Position numbers and translations under genes: made by a program
Part shown: positions 28,074-38,025 of the stretch, one piece after another
Layout: each line of letters begins with the position of its first letter
Position numbering within the stretch: position 1 is the stretch's first letter
The notes under the pieces: generated by a model
Database searches by the model: none
The model's input: only the letters and a program-made list of their open reading frames with translations
What the model was told of the DNA's origin: nothing
From: a virus
Taxonomy: Duplodnaviria; Caudoviricetes
Direction: 5' to 3' (one strand)
Virus record (IMG/VR): IMGVR_UViG_3300028586_000751
Coordinates: 1-51,270 of that record
Length of the DNA: 51,270 bases

Positions 28074-29515
28074 CAGCTCGCCGTGATATAAAGTGGCGCG
28101 CTTGCATTAACGCACTGCGCCGCGCCGTCGATCGGCTTCACCCACATGAACCACGGTCCGGACGCGCCCGGAGGGGCAATCAGGTCGTTCACGATGCCGT
28201 AATTGTTAGATGGCCTGTCCATTGGCGTCATGCCGTTTATGCTGGCAGCCCCTGCGCGGTTTTCGGATAGTGTAATGGTCGCGGGTGGCACGGTGCTCGA
28301 CGCCCCCCAGCCTGCAACGGCGCTCGCGGCGAGAGGTGCAATCGTCCAAATGCCGGACACGGCCAGTGTCGGCGTATGCGTAAAGCGGAAATAGGTGCCC
28401 CCATCAAACGAGCGCGAGGAAGCTGGCACGCTGGTTTTGATGATCCCGTTATTCGAGAAGGGCGCAATCGTGTACGGCGCTACCTGATCGGCAGCCGTGG
28501 TCACGCTCGCACTCAGCACGTTCGACATATTGCCAGCAGCATCATGCGCGCGCACGCGTAGGTTGTCCGTCGTGCTGGCCGGGCGGCCAGTGACGGTGCG
28601 GTTCAGCGCGGTGCCGACGCTGGCCCAGGACGCGCCGCCATCGATGCTCGTCTCATAACGAACGACCCCGACGTTATCCGAGCCGGCCGACCAGGCGAAC
28701 GCGTAGCCGCCGGCGGTGATCGAGCTGGTGGTGATCGAGCCCGACATGCTCGGCGCAGTCGTGTCGCCCGAAGCGCCCGCCGTCGTGACCGCCAGCGTGC
28801 GAACGGTCGAGATATTGCCCGCGGGGTCGATGGCGCGCACCCGCATGGTGTAGGTGGTGCCGGCGGTACGTCCGGTCAAATTCACGGACAGCGCCGTGCC
28901 GGCAGTGGTCCAGGTTGAACCGTCGTAGCTGTATTCGTAGCGCGCGATACCGTTCGCATCGGTTGCCGCTTGCCATGCCAGCGTGAAACTGGCTTGCGTG
29001 ACAGCGGATGACGACAGCGCATCGGGGAATGCTGGCGCGATGGTGTCGCCCGGCTGCGTGCCGCCGCTGCCGAAGATTGATTTCAAGGCAGCCACGCTGG
29101 CTTTGAACGAGGTACCGGTCACGGAATCGAACAATTCCATAAAATATGCGTCCGAAATCGATCCTGCAACAGCTAGGCCACCGACGGTCAAGCCGCCATC
29201 CAGCAGTGCGAGCGGCGCCATGGCGCGCGCGGTGGGCGTGCAGAAGACTTCCTTCAAACCTGCAGAGAACGACACCGCAGCCCCATTATTCGAGCTCGAA
29301 TCGATCGACGTACGGGTCAGCGTTGCGCCATTGGTCAGCGTGTAAGTACCGTTTTCCCACGCGCCCTTCCCGTCGTCGATGCAGACGGGGATGCCAGTAT
29401 CGCCCACGGCGAAAGCAGCGGCGAACGTGCGGAAGCTCGCTACCGAGCCACTAAGCGCAATAGTTGCCGCGCTGGTTGCCGTGGTGGTTTGCTTCACTCG
29501 GTCAGCGAATTTCAT
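28073..29515 (-). CDS. virion fibre protein with two FN3 domains
   Basis: N-terminal ADRVK.TT fibre-anchor-like domain; two D..AP...W.A.D..G..RYE...VRA.D.AGN.S repeats. Confidence 0.8.
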   Translation of the reverse strand: MKFADRVKQTTTATSAATIALSGSVASFRTFAAAFAVGDTGIPVCIDDGKGAWENGTYTLTNGATLTRTSIDSSSNNGAAVSFSAGLKEVFCTPTARAMAPLALLDGGLTVGGLAVAGSISDAYFMELFDSVTGTSFKASVAALKSIFGSGGTQPGDTIAPAFPDALSSSAVTQASFTLAWQAATDANGIARYEYSYDGSTWTTAGTALSVNLTGRTAGTTYTMRVRAIDPAGNISTVRTLAVTTAGASGDTTAPSMSGSITTSSITAGGYAFAWSAGSDNVGVVRYETSIDGGASWASVGTALNRTVTGRPASTTDNLRVRAHDAAGNMSNVLSASVTTAADQVAPYTIAPFSNNGIIKTSVPASSRSFDGGTYFRFTHTPTLAVSGIWTIAPLAASAVAGWGASSTVPPATITLSENRAGAASINGMTPMDRPSNNYGIVNDLIAPPGASGPWFMWVKPIDGAAQCVNASAPLYITAS

Positions 29516-29543
29516 GGTGCCCCAATTGTTCGGTTAGGCCGCG

Positions 29544-29801
29544 TCACCGCAGCTCGATGGTTTTCATTCGCCCGTGCCGCTCGTACATCACCGTGGTGAC
29601 GCCGAGTTCGGCGAGCATGGCCAGGGCCTGTGCATAGGTCGCGCGCGAGACTTGGCCAACGGCGCCGTGCACATACACGACGCGGTCTGTCAGGTGGGTG
29701 ACCGTGATGATTCCGGCGTATGGCCGGCGAGCCTCGTAGCCGCCCGGCGCGTCGTACACGCGGATGGTCGAGACGGAGGTGGCCATATGCAGGTGGGCCA
29801 T
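29544..29801 (-). CDS. hypothetical protein
   Basis: MAHLHMA...; 85 aa. Confidence 0.55.
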   Translation of the reverse strand: MAHLHMATSVSTIRVYDAPGGYEARRPYAGIITVTHLTDRVVYVHGAVGQVSRATYAQALAMLAELGVTTVMYERHGRMKTIELR

Positions 29802-29820
29802 GACGGTCTGCCTGGCAGTA

Positions 29821-29994
29821 TTACTTCGCGCCAGCCAGCGATTTGGCGTAGGCGACAGCGGCTGGCTCAGCATCAACGACGCCTTCCAGCGACTTCACCT
29901 CGGACTGGTCGATCGCGATGACGTCATTGCACTTACCGTGCACGCAGTCGATCAGCACGCGCGCTTCAACTTTTTTGGCTTCGGCCATGTTCAT
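29821..29994 (-). CDS. small capsid-associated protein
   Basis: GGAGA RBS; MNMAEAKKVEARVL...AAVAYAKSLAAK*; not in the supplied track. Confidence 0.6.
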   Translation of the reverse strand: MNMAEAKKVEARVLIDCVHGKCNDVIAIDQSEVKSLEGVVDAEPAAVAYAKSLAGAK

Positions 29995-30039
29995 TTCTCC
30001 TATGATTGCGGCCAGCGAAATGCTGGCCGCGGGTTTCGA

Positions 30040-31230
30040 TTAGGTCGCGCTGTTTTGGAAGACCTTGACGGCCGCCGGCTCGAGCAGGTTGCCGCCCGAG
30101 CGGGTCCATCCGCAGAAACCAACCTGGCCTTTCAGTGCGAAGGCCGAGTCGTCGAAGCGGCGCATCGTGGTGCTGTTTTGAACGTCGCGGATGGTGTATT
30201 GCGAGAAGTCGCCGAAAGCCATCGACTTGGCGTTAGCCGCCATCGGAGCGATGTCGTCGTTGATGGTCACTGCGTGGCCGTTCAGCAGGTCTGGAGCGTC
30301 TGCAGTGATCGCAGGCGTCCAGATCGGGCGGCCGGTGGTGTCCTTCAGCTTGCTCACGGTCGCGACGCTCAGGTCGTTCATCATGTAGCGCGCGCGGGTG
30401 CGGTACGCGCGATTGACGGCGTGCTTCAGGTCAATCGTGTCGTCGTAGGTAATCGAAGTGGCACTGCCGGTGGCGCCGACCTTGCCCACACCCGCGCGCG
30501 TCACCACGCCGAATGGCTGATTCGTGCCGGTACCGACAGTGTTGTGACGGTTCTGGACGCGTGCGATACGCATGGCGATGCGAGCAACCACCAGAGCGAT
30601 GACGTCGATCGCGCTGTCCTGGATCAGCTCCAGCGGCAGAGCGATCGATTTCGAAGAGTACTTATAGACCGGCAGGCCCACGGTGCCGAAATCGACATCG
30701 AGCGCACCCGCGCCAGCGTTTTCAGCCACGATCTCGCCTTCCTCGCCGGTGCCGTCCGAGGTCGGGAAGTTCAGGGCGTTACCGCTGACAGTGGTCAGAA
30801 TGGTGGCGACTTCACGCATGCCGCCGTAGGCTTTCAGCTTCTCGATCACCATGGTGGCGATCTCTGCTGGGACAGTGAACCCGCCTTCGGAACCGGTGCC
30901 GGTCGACATCGCGTTACGAATCTGGATGGCCTGCTCGTTGGTCACATCCTTGCCGTGACGGAAGTACAGAGCGATGCCCACCAGTGCGTCGACTGGCACA
31001 TCGCTGTCCTTCTTCGGGCCGGTGTTCTGGAAGTGCTTGTCGGCTTCCAGTTCGCGCATCGTTTCGATGTTCTTGATCTGGGCCTTCGTGCTGTTGATGT
31101 CGTTGGTGAAGCCGTCGAACTTCGCCTGGTCCTCAGGCGACCAGATCTGATCACCCTTCTCGGAGAGCAGATGGTTGGCTTGGGTTGCGAGGTTGGCAAT
31201 CTTCTCGCGCAGTTGCTGGATGGTGACCAT
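30040..31230 (-). CDS. HK97-family major capsid protein
   Basis: Delta-domain coiled coil, GGFTVP, ELIQDS, FGDFSQY. Confidence 0.95.
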   Translation of the reverse strand: MVTIQQLREKIANLATQANHLLSEKGDQIWSPEDQAKFDGFTNDINSTKAQIKNIETMRELEADKHFQNTGPKKDSDVPVDALVGIALYFRHGKDVTNEQAIQIRNAMSTGTGSEGGFTVPAEIATMVIEKLKAYGGMREVATILTTVSGNALNFPTSDGTGEEGEIVAENAGAGALDVDFGTVGLPVYKYSSKSIALPLELIQDSAIDVIALVVARIAMRIARVQNRHNTVGTGTNQPFGVVTRAGVGKVGATGSATSITYDDTIDLKHAVNRAYRTRARYMMNDLSVATVSKLKDTTGRPIWTPAITADAPDLLNGHAVTINDDIAPMAANAKSMAFGDFSQYTIRDVQNSTTMRRFDDSAFALKGQVGFCGWTRSGGNLLEPAAVKVFQNSAT

Positions 31231-31247
31231 GTGGTTCCTTCAAATAG

Positions 31248-31271
31248 AAAAGGGAGCCTCTTGGGCTCCCT
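31248..31271 (-). terminator. hairpin between protease and capsid genes
   Basis: AGGGAGCC/GGCTCCCT stem + TTTT on minus strand. Confidence 0.45.
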
Positions 31272-31314
31272 GAAACGAGGTGAAACGACCTCGGGCGGTC
31301 TTGCGCGAGAAGCG

Positions 31315-32112
31315 CTATGCAGCGATGGCCAGCGCCAGGCGATTCGCGTTCATCTGCGACGCGCGCGGGCCGGTTGGTTCGGGCGGAGGTGGAGCGATTG
31401 GCTCCGGCTCGAGCGGCGGAGTTGGTGCGGACGGAGTTGGAGTTGGAGCTGGCGCCGCGGCGCGCGGCGCGGCCACATTTGCCGGCGCTTTGGAATACGC
31501 GGCCAAGTTCCAGACGTTCTCAGCCTTGGCTTTCTCAGCTGGAGCCTGCGCCATGCGGTCGACGAAGCCATGCTCGATCGCTTCGGCGGCGCTGAACCAG
31601 GTTTCTGCGTCCATCCAGGCGACAATGTCAGCCTCGGGCTTGCCGGTCTTGGCCGTGTAGTCGGCGATGATCGAGCCTTCCACCTTCTGCAGCAGGTCGG
31701 CGGTGGTGCGCAGGTCGGTCTTGTCGCCCCACGCCATGCAGCTGGCGTTGTGGATCATGAAGAAAGCGCCGTCTGACATCTCGACCTCGTTGCAGGCCAA
31801 TGCGATGCCGGTGGCAGCGCTGGCGCACAGGCTGTCGACGTGCGCAACCGTCTTGCCCTGAAAGCGCGCGATGGCCGCCATGATGGCGCGCCCCTCGAAG
31901 ACGTCGCCGCCAGGGCTGTTGATGTACACGTGCAGCACCTCGGCGCCGGCCGCCTGGGTGACGGCTTCGATCACGCTGGTTGCGCTCACGCCCCAGTATG
32001 CGTCGATGATGTCGTAGATGTAGAGCGACGCCTCGGCGGCGTTGCGCACCAGGTTGACTGGTGCCTTGGTGCGCTCGGCGTTGTCACGGTACAGCTGGAG
32101 GATCTTGCTCAT
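31315..32112 (-). CDS. ClpP-type prohead protease
   Basis: INSPGGDV, CASAA, FMIHN, ETWFSA.EA. Confidence 0.92.
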   Translation of the reverse strand: MSKILQLYRDNAERTKAPVNLVRNAAEASLYIYDIIDAYWGVSATSVIEAVTQAAGAEVLHVYINSPGGDVFEGRAIMAAIARFQGKTVAHVDSLCASAATGIALACNEVEMSDGAFFMIHNASCMAWGDKTDLRTTADLLQKVEGSIIADYTAKTGKPEADIVAWMDAETWFSAAEAIEHGFVDRMAQAPAEKAKAENVWNLAAYSKAPANVAAPRAAAPAPTPTPSAPTPPLEPEPIAPPPPEPTGPRASQMNANRLALAIAA

Positions 32113-33394
32113 CGGCTTTCGTGCCTTCTGGTTTCGGTTGATCGGCCTTCCTGCCGGGGTCGCGCGGCGCGCGGTAAATCTCGTCACCGCCTTCGATTGG
32201 CGGCAGGCGCCGACTACGACGCACCTCGTTGACCGATGTCCATCCATCGCCGGTACCGGGGCCGCCGAGCGCCACCCGATCCGCCGCAGACTGTGCGGTT
32301 ATGTCGCCCTGGTACAGCGCTTCGCGATGAAATTCGAGGAAGCGACCGTTGTTGCGCGGGTAGAGCTTTCGGTTCAGCTCCTGCTCGATCTTGCGCAGCC
32401 AGGTTTGCAGCGTGTACTGCACGAAGGCACGGCCAATCGATTCCAAACCGGTGCCCCAGCTGGTCGATCCGGTCGACTCGTTGATCATGAAGCCCGGAAC
32501 GCCGAACGCGCGGGAGATGTCCATCACCTGGAACTTTCTCGCCTCGAGCAGCTGGGCATCCTCGGCTGATAGGCTAAGCTCCTTTGCAGTGAGCCCTTCA
32601 GTCAGGACCAACGGCAAGCGGTGTGCGTTGGCCAGGCCGGCGTAGCGGCTGGCGAACGCCGCCTGCAGCTGCGTCACCTGTTCCGGATCCATCGTCCCGG
32701 CAGCCTGCAGAATGATTGAAGGATGCGCGCCGCCCTCGAAGAACTTGCCGCTGTATTCATCCATGGCCAGCGCGTTGCCGATCGCGCTACGGGCGCCGAA
32801 CTGGATCACCGACATCGACCGCATGGTCGAATCGTCAAAGCCCAAGCCCGGGAAGTGCAGGATGTCGGACGGATCGAACCAAGTCGAGATTCCATGCGAC
32901 GGAAGGTTCACGTAGTAGCGCACACCCTCGCCCGGAATGCGCACGGGGGACACCGAGCCCCACGGCAAGGGCAGGATCTCGCGCAATGTGCCATTCATCC
33001 GCCAGCGCAGCAGCCCATATGCGTCACCGCGCAGCAGCTGCGCCATGCTCACGCCTTCCCACATGGAGGCAGCGGTGTACTGCGGGCTTGGCTGCTCGTT
33101 CAACAGGTACCAGAGGTCGCTGCGCGCCATCCTGGCAGGAATCTCACCACCATCCAGGCTGTATTCGTGGATCGGCATGCTGACGATGGCGCCGGCGATT
33201 TTCGCCACACACGCCGCCACCGCCGAAACGCGCATTGCCGACGTGGCGGAGACAGTAGTGCCCGTCGGGGCCACGCCAAATGCCTCCATCACATCGGGGC
33301 TGTACTGGGTCTGATTGCTCACCTTTCCGTAAGTCGGATCCGGCACGGCCTGTCGCCAGTGCTCAGTAGCGGCCAGCGCGTCGAACAGTTCCAT
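32084..33394 (-). CDS. HK97-family portal protein
   Basis: SAVAACV..IA, LL.GDAY, ILHF, I.RAFGVP, S.NEVR. Confidence 0.93.
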   Translation of the reverse strand: MELFDALAATEHWRQAVPDPTYGKVSNQTQYSPDVMEAFGVAPTGTTVSATSAMRVSAVAACVAKIAGAIVSMPIHEYSLDGGEIPARMARSDLWYLLNEQPSPQYTAASMWEGVSMAQLLRGDAYGLLRWRMNGTLREILPLPWGSVSPVRIPGEGVRYYVNLPSHGISTWFDPSDILHFPGLGFDDSTMRSMSVIQFGARSAIGNALAMDEYSGKFFEGGAHPSIILQAAGTMDPEQVTQLQAAFASRYAGLANAHRLPLVLTEGLTAKELSLSAEDAQLLEARKFQVMDISRAFGVPGFMINESTGSTSWGTGLESIGRAFVQYTLQTWLRKIEQELNRKLYPRNNGRFLEFHREALYQGDITAQSAADRVALGGPGTGDGWTSVNEVRRSRRLPPIEGGDEIYRAPRDPGRKADQPKPEGTKADEQDPPAVP

Positions 33395-33402
33395 AGGGTT
33401 CC

Positions 33403-35130
33403 TTATAGGACAACGAAGCCCTGAGTAATTTTGGTGCTCTTGGATTCAACGCGGTTGACCAGGCCGGCGGCCATCACCGCCGCGATGATCAAGTCGATGC
33501 GGCCAGTGGCCTTTTCCTTGTCGAGCTTGCGACTCCCTGTTCCGTCTTGGACCGTCACCGCGTTACCGGCGCACATCGTCAGCACCTTGTGCCCGTTGTG
33601 TGCCAGCTCGCCGTTGAGGAGCATCGTTTCAAACTGCTCGATAGCCGGACTCATGTCCTTGTAGCCCTGGCCGAAGGCTTCCATCGGCGGCAGGCTGATG
33701 CCATCGTCAGATGCCATCTGCTGCAGGTCTTCGATGCGCCAGCGGTCGTAGCCGCATAGTGTGATGTCGAAGAAGTCGCACATCGCGGACAACTTCTGCA
33801 AGATGATCCGCTTGCTGATCGCGCGGCCAGGCGTGGTGTCGAGCAGGCCTTCCGCCTTCCAGTCGACATACGGCACCATATCCTGCTGCGAGCGCCGTGC
33901 GAGGTCAGCGTCCGGTAGCCAGGCATAGGGCACTAGCTTCCACGGCTCTCCGGGCTCGACCGGCTGAACAAGGAAAACTAACCCCGTCAAGTCGGTCGTG
34001 CTGGCCAGGTCGAGCGCGCACACCGCGCGGCGCCCACGCAGTGACTCGACGTCGTAATCGAGCTGCGCGCCCTTCCATATTTCGTAGCTGATCCAGGGGG
34101 ATTCGGCGTCCGTCCACTGGCAGAAGTTCAGCCGGCGCACAAGGGCTTCCTTCGACGGCATGCCCTTCGCTTCCGTCACCTGCTCCCGGATGTATTTGTA
34201 CCCCGGAAGGTCAGCGTCCTGCAGGCTGGGATTTGCCTTCGGCCAGCACTCTTCGCTTTCGAATGGATCGTCGCCTTCGTCAAGCGCGCAGATGTACGGA
34301 AAGAAGGCGTCGTCGATCAGCTCGCCGGAGGCCACCTTTGCGGCGTATTCGTGCAAGTTCCAGCACGGCGATTTGCGACTCGCACCTGCATTCGTGATGA
34401 CGAAGATTAGCGCCTGGCGCCGACTCTTGGTACCGGCTCGCAGCATCTCGAGCACGGTTGCCGTTTTGTGCTCGTGGTATTCGTCGACGAGCGCAACGTG
34501 CGGCCGCGGGCCGGACTGGCCGTCGTCGCTGCTGATTGGACGGAAAAAGGATCCGGTCTGGAGGAAGGCCAGGTTCCACGCCTTCTCGCCAGTACCGCTC
34601 TTGGTCAGCCGCTTCTCCAGCTCCGGCGACTGGTCGTACATGGCGACCGCATCCCGGAACAGGATCATCGCCTGGTCTTTTTTGGTCGCTGCCGAATAGA
34701 TCTCGGCGCGCGGCTCGCCATCGGCGACCAGACCCTTCATGCCAACGCCAGCGGCCAGGGGCGACTTGCCGCTGCCCTTCGCCGTTTCGACGTAAATCAC
34801 GCGGAAGCGGCGGTACCCATCGGCGCCTTTCCAGCCAAAGATGCTGCCGACAACGAACTTCTGCCACGGCAGCAGCTCGAATGGCCGGCCTTCGAAGTCG
34901 CCGCCATTCAGCTTCAGAATGTCACGATAGAACCCGATGGCCTTCAGCGCCTCGGCGACATCCCATACCAGGCCGCGCGCGGCGCCGGTTGCAATGTCGG
35001 CCAAGTGACGCGCGCACTGCGCACGCACGTGCGGGCCGGCGATGCGCGCGCCGTCGACGACCGACTGCGCATATTCAGTAACTGGGTCAGCCGAAGTATC
35101 CGGCGAGCGGGTCTTTTTTCTCGTCGCCAT
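33403..35130 (-). CDS. terminase large subunit
   Basis: L.PWQ.F, AKGSGKS Walker A, LVDEYH Walker B, DLAST.D, RID. Confidence 0.95.
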   Translation of the reverse strand: MATRKKTRSPDTSADPVTEYAQSVVDGARIAGPHVRAQCARHLADIATGAARGLVWDVAEALKAIGFYRDILKLNGGDFEGRPFELLPWQKFVVGSIFGWKGADGYRRFRVIYVETAKGSGKSPLAAGVGMKGLVADGEPRAEIYSAATKKDQAMILFRDAVAMYDQSPELEKRLTKSGTGEKAWNLAFLQTGSFFRPISSDDGQSGPRPHVALVDEYHEHKTATVLEMLRAGTKSRRQALIFVITNAGASRKSPCWNLHEYAAKVASGELIDDAFFPYICALDEGDDPFESEECWPKANPSLQDADLPGYKYIREQVTEAKGMPSKEALVRRLNFCQWTDAESPWISYEIWKGAQLDYDVESLRGRRAVCALDLASTTDLTGLVFLVQPVEPGEPWKLVPYAWLPDADLARRSQQDMVPYVDWKAEGLLDTTPGRAISKRIILQKLSAMCDFFDITLCGYDRWRIEDLQQMASDDGISLPPMEAFGQGYKDMSPAIEQFETMLLNGELAHNGHKVLTMCAGNAVTVQDGTGSRKLDKEKATGRIDLIIAAVMAAGLVNRVESKSTKITQGFVVL

Positions 35131-35560
35131 CCGGTAGGTCCACGTTCACTTTCGATCGCGCGGCCGGCGTCAGGCCGAATTCCACCAGGTAGCTTTTGAA
35201 TTGCGCGTCGGCGGCGCGCAGCTGGTTGACCGCAGGGTTGTTCTTGATGAGGGTGTTGGAGTTCTGGTCGATGGTGGTGTACGTGCGACCGTCGCGTTCA
35301 ATCAGCTCGCGGCACGCCAAGATGTCGGCGTAGCAGTCGCATAGCCGCTCGAGCGCCAGGCCGTCGGCCTCGGTCATCACCCCCATTCGCCGCAGCAACG
35401 TGCACAGCTTTTTCCACACCGCCTTGCCCTTCGCATCGAGGTGCGGGGGGCAAACTGGTGCTTTTGTGCGCGGTTTTGGCTCTTTTTTGTTCAGTGGCCG
35501 CTTGCCCGGATTACCCGTGACCAGCTTGAGCGCACTGGGTGTCGGGCGCCTTCCGGCCAT
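35087..35560 (-). CDS. terminase small subunit, P27 family
   Basis: GRRPTP..LK..TGNPGKR; EFGLTPAARS. Confidence 0.92.
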   Translation of the reverse strand: MAGRRPTPSALKLVTGNPGKRPLNKKEPKPRTKAPVCPPHLDAKGKAVWKKLCTLLRRMGVMTEADGLALERLCDCYADILACRELIERDGRTYTTIDQNSNTLIKNNPAVNQLRAADAQFKSYLVEFGLTPAARSKVNVDLPDGDEKKDPLAGYFG

Positions 35561-35579
35561 GATTTCAGTCCCAGAAAAA

Positions 35580-35665
35580 AAGTTTCATTTCGCGGTTCTG
35601 CGCAAAGAGGGGGCATGCGGTCCCCTTGGACGAAGGCCCCGAAGATTTGATGCCCCCGGTACTAT
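35580..35665 (-). other. probable cos region
   Basis: Intergenic between HNH and terS, the usual cos position in HK97-like phages; exact cut site not determinable. Confidence 0.35.
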
Positions 35666-35712
35666 TTCAAAGAAGAAATGTATTCCTTGCGAGAAATGTT
35701 TTTCTAAATGCA

Positions 35713-36030
35713 TCAAATCGGCCATCCATCCGGCCCTGGCACGCGCTTCACGCGCTTCGTCTTGCCCTGCTCGGCCTCGGACTTGACCGCGTGGCAGGGA
35801 TCGCAGATGGCCTCCAGATTGGACGGGTGATCGGTCTGCGCGCGCGTCCAGCGCAGCGTTGCGGCCTTGGCCTTGCTGACGATATGGTCGACCGCGCGAG
35901 CCAGCGTCATCCGGCCTGCTCGCTTGCACCGCTGACACTGGCCGGCGTCGCGCGCCATCACCTGGTTGCGGACCTTGACCCAGGCGCTGTCGTAACCGCG
36001 CTCGTGGCGACTCTTCGTGCCCCAGACCAT
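35713..36030 (-). CDS. HNH endonuclease (terminase cofactor type)
   Basis: RGYD..W, C..C, VDHI, NLEAIC..CH..K. Confidence 0.9.
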   Translation of the reverse strand: MVWGTKSRHERGYDSAWVKVRNQVMARDAGQCQRCKRAGRMTLARAVDHIVSKAKAATLRWTRAQTDHPSNLEAICDPCHAVKSEAEQGKTKRVKRVPGPDGWPI

Positions 36031-36179
36031 TACGCCGCGTCCGTTTCAATCTTGATCCCGCAGTCGACGATGGCGTCGATCCAGCGATCCGCCAGCATGA
36101 CCAGCACGAATGCCGCTGCCAGGGATGGCTGGACCCACCAGGCAACGCGTGTGCGCAGCTTGATTGTCACCGTTGCCAT
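36030..36179 (-). CDS. small hydrophobic protein
   Basis: 49 aa, coupled by TGATG/TAATG overlaps. Confidence 0.45.
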   Translation of the reverse strand: MATVTIKLRTRVAWWVQPSLAAAFVLVMLADRWIDAIVDCGIKIETDAA

Positions 36180-36484
36180 CAGCTCGCCTTCCATGGCTCG
36201 TGAGCCTCGGAGATTTCAGCTGGAGGCGTGGGCGGCCTAGACTTGAAGATGTCGCGCAGGATCTGCTTGACGTTCCCCGGCACGCTGCGCGCGATTTCGA
36301 CGAACGACATGCCACCGCGGCCGTGACCCTTGGCACGGAGGATCGTCTGCGCTTCCTCGCACTCGGCAAGGTGCTCAGCAATCTGGTTCAGGCGCGTGAG
36401 GTTGTGCGCCCGGTTTGGGTGCGGACTGCCACCCAGGACGGCGCGTAGGATCTCGGCGCGGTACTTAAAGGCGAGGTCATTCAT
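36179..36484 (-). CDS. hypothetical protein
   Basis: GGAG RBS, 101 aa. Confidence 0.6.
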   Translation of the reverse strand: MNDLAFKYRAEILRAVLGGSPHPNRAHNLTRLNQIAEHLAECEEAQTILRAKGHGRGGMSFVEIARSVPGNVKQILRDIFKSRPPTPPAEISEAHEPWKAS

Positions 36485-36563
36485 GCTCCACCTATCCCCT
36501 CTTCGACCTGCTCGCGGTGGCGCTGCACCGTGTAGCGCAGCCAGGCCAGTTCGTCCTCGACAC

Positions 36564-36875
36564 TCATTCGGTCACGCGCAGCGCGAAGGCGCCCAGGTCA
36601 TTGATCGCGCCTTGGATGGCGCTGCCGATCTTTTGCAGCTCAGCGACGCAGGCCATCTGCTGATAAACCAGATCAGCTTGGTCGGGCTGCAACTCGACCG
36701 AGGACGGTGCGAGGGCAAGAGGGTGCACCGTAAAGCCGGACGGGACCACGACCACAGTAGTGTCGGCAGGAAGCTGACGCGCAATCTCGGCGCGGACCCA
36801 ATCGACCTGCTCGCTAGTGAGCGGGCGCGGCGCGGTCACGATCAGCGCGCAAGTGCTGCTCTTCATTGTGGACAT
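36564..36875 (-). CDS. hypothetical protein
   Basis: GAGG RBS, 103 aa. Confidence 0.55.
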   Translation of the reverse strand: MSTMKSSTCALIVTAPRPLTSEQVDWVRAEIARQLPADTTVVVVPSGFTVHPLALAPSSVELQPDQADLVYQQMACVAELQKIGSAIQGAINDLGAFALRVTE

Positions 36876-36886
36876 GGATACCTCGG

Positions 36887-36928
36887 AAAAAGAAAAGCCG
36901 CCCGGCGCATTGCTGCGAGGGGCGGCTA
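36887..36928 (-). terminator. intrinsic terminator
   Basis: AGCCGCCC/GGGCGGCT stem + TTTTCTTTTT. Confidence 0.5.
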
Positions 36929-37026
36929 GATTGTCGTGTGTGTCAGAGCAGTCTCACACCGTCACAAGAGCACTTGCGCAGGGTGGGCTGATATATTTGT
37001 TACATCAAAATGAGCTAGGAAGCCGT

Positions 37027-37284
37027 ATGTCTAACATTGTTGCCACCGCGATTAACGCTGCAGCGAGGCTGTACGGTACTAACGAAAAGACTGAGTGGTT
37101 CGTAACTTTCACAACCAACGATACAAAACGCGGTCGACTAACACCGCTAGAGGAGGGATTTTTCTCACTCTGCGATGGAAGGTCTGTTTATATATTTCAC
37201 ACAGAGCAGATTGTCCATGTGAGCCCGCAATTCCCGCCCGGTGAAAACGTCGACACGCTCGGCCGTATTAGATCTGATGAATGA
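37027..37284 (+). CDS. counter-oriented hypothetical protein (moron)
   Basis: AGGA RBS, MSNIVATA...; lower GC. Confidence 0.5.
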   Translation: MSNIVATAINAAARLYGTNEKTEWFVTFTTNDTKRGRLTPLEEGFFSLCDGRSVYIFHTEQIVHVSPQFPPGENVDTLGRIRSDE

Positions 37285-37409
37285 CCTCCGCATCTCGTCG
37301 TCATCAGGTTGCCGGGTACAGCGTCCGGCGGCGTTAGCGCGCCCGGGCAGACGCTCGCCTGCTCTGGCCGGTGCCAGATCAGCATTCAGTTATCGCGGGA
37401 CGTAAACCA

Positions 37410-37435
37410 CAAAGCCCGCTCAATGGCGGGCTTTG
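37410..37435. terminator. tR'-like terminator
   Basis: CAAAGCCCGC-6-GCGGGCTTTG perfect stem. Confidence 0.65.
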
Positions 37436-37471
37436 CTTTTCTCTGGACGTGAAAAATCGCCCAGTGCGCAC

Positions 37472-37500
37472 AGTCTACAAAAAATACAGCTGCGTTGCAA
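37472..37500 (-). promoter_or_regulatory. late promoter pR'
   Basis: TTGCAA-17-TAGACT overlapping the stop of the Q-like gene. Confidence 0.6.
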
Positions 37501-37903
37501 CGTGTTTCCGCAGCTTGGCTTCCAGATCCTCGCGCGCGCCAGCGAGCGTGGTACCGAAGTCAGCATTCGGGAACCGCCACGGCTTGGTGATCCCCTGGCT
37601 CTTATAGATGGCCCAGCGATGCAGCGCCGGCAGGCTCCGGACCATGGCGTCCACCGCATCGCCTACTTTCAGGTCGGCTGCGCGCTGTGCGTCGTGCACG
37701 TTGGTGTCAGGAGCAGCATCGCTAGCCAGCTTCATGCCGCCCACACCCAGATCCCGGTCGTCGGCGCGCATGAAGTCGAGCCAGCACGCCATCAGCAGCG
37801 AATAGGGATCGGGCTTGTCAAAGGCCGGCTTCGCCACCTCGTTGCGACGAACACGACGGAGGGGCGATCCGTTGAAGATGCCGAGCGATGCGATGGTGGA
37901 CAT
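37475..37903 (-). CDS. putative late-gene antiterminator (Q-like)
   Basis: Position before the late operon, followed by promoter and terminator; helical C-terminus; AGGAG RBS. Confidence 0.55.
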   Translation of the reverse strand: MSTIASLGIFNGSPLRRVRRNEVAKPAFDKPDPYSLLMACWLDFMRADDRDLGVGGMKLASDAAPDTNVHDAQRAADLKVGDAVDAMVRSLPALHRWAIYKSQGITKPWRFPNADFGTTLAGAREDLEAKLRKHVATQLYFL

Positions 37904-38025
37904 GGTCTCTCCTGTGAATAAACACAGCTATTCTCCGCGTTCCAACAGGAAATTTCCTACGGTCATGCAAATTTATTTGGACACTGTGCCGACATGCTAC
38001 GATCAGATTTTTTGCTAATTCATCA

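Noticed and set aside
29764-31776. 670-aa plus-strand ORF
   Set aside because: Antisense shadow of the capsid/protease genes, expected in high-GC DNA; no motifs
37284-37410. tRNA or structured RNA downstream of pR'
   Set aside because: No cloverleaf or T-loop consensus recognisable; an Rfam/Infernal scan would be needed
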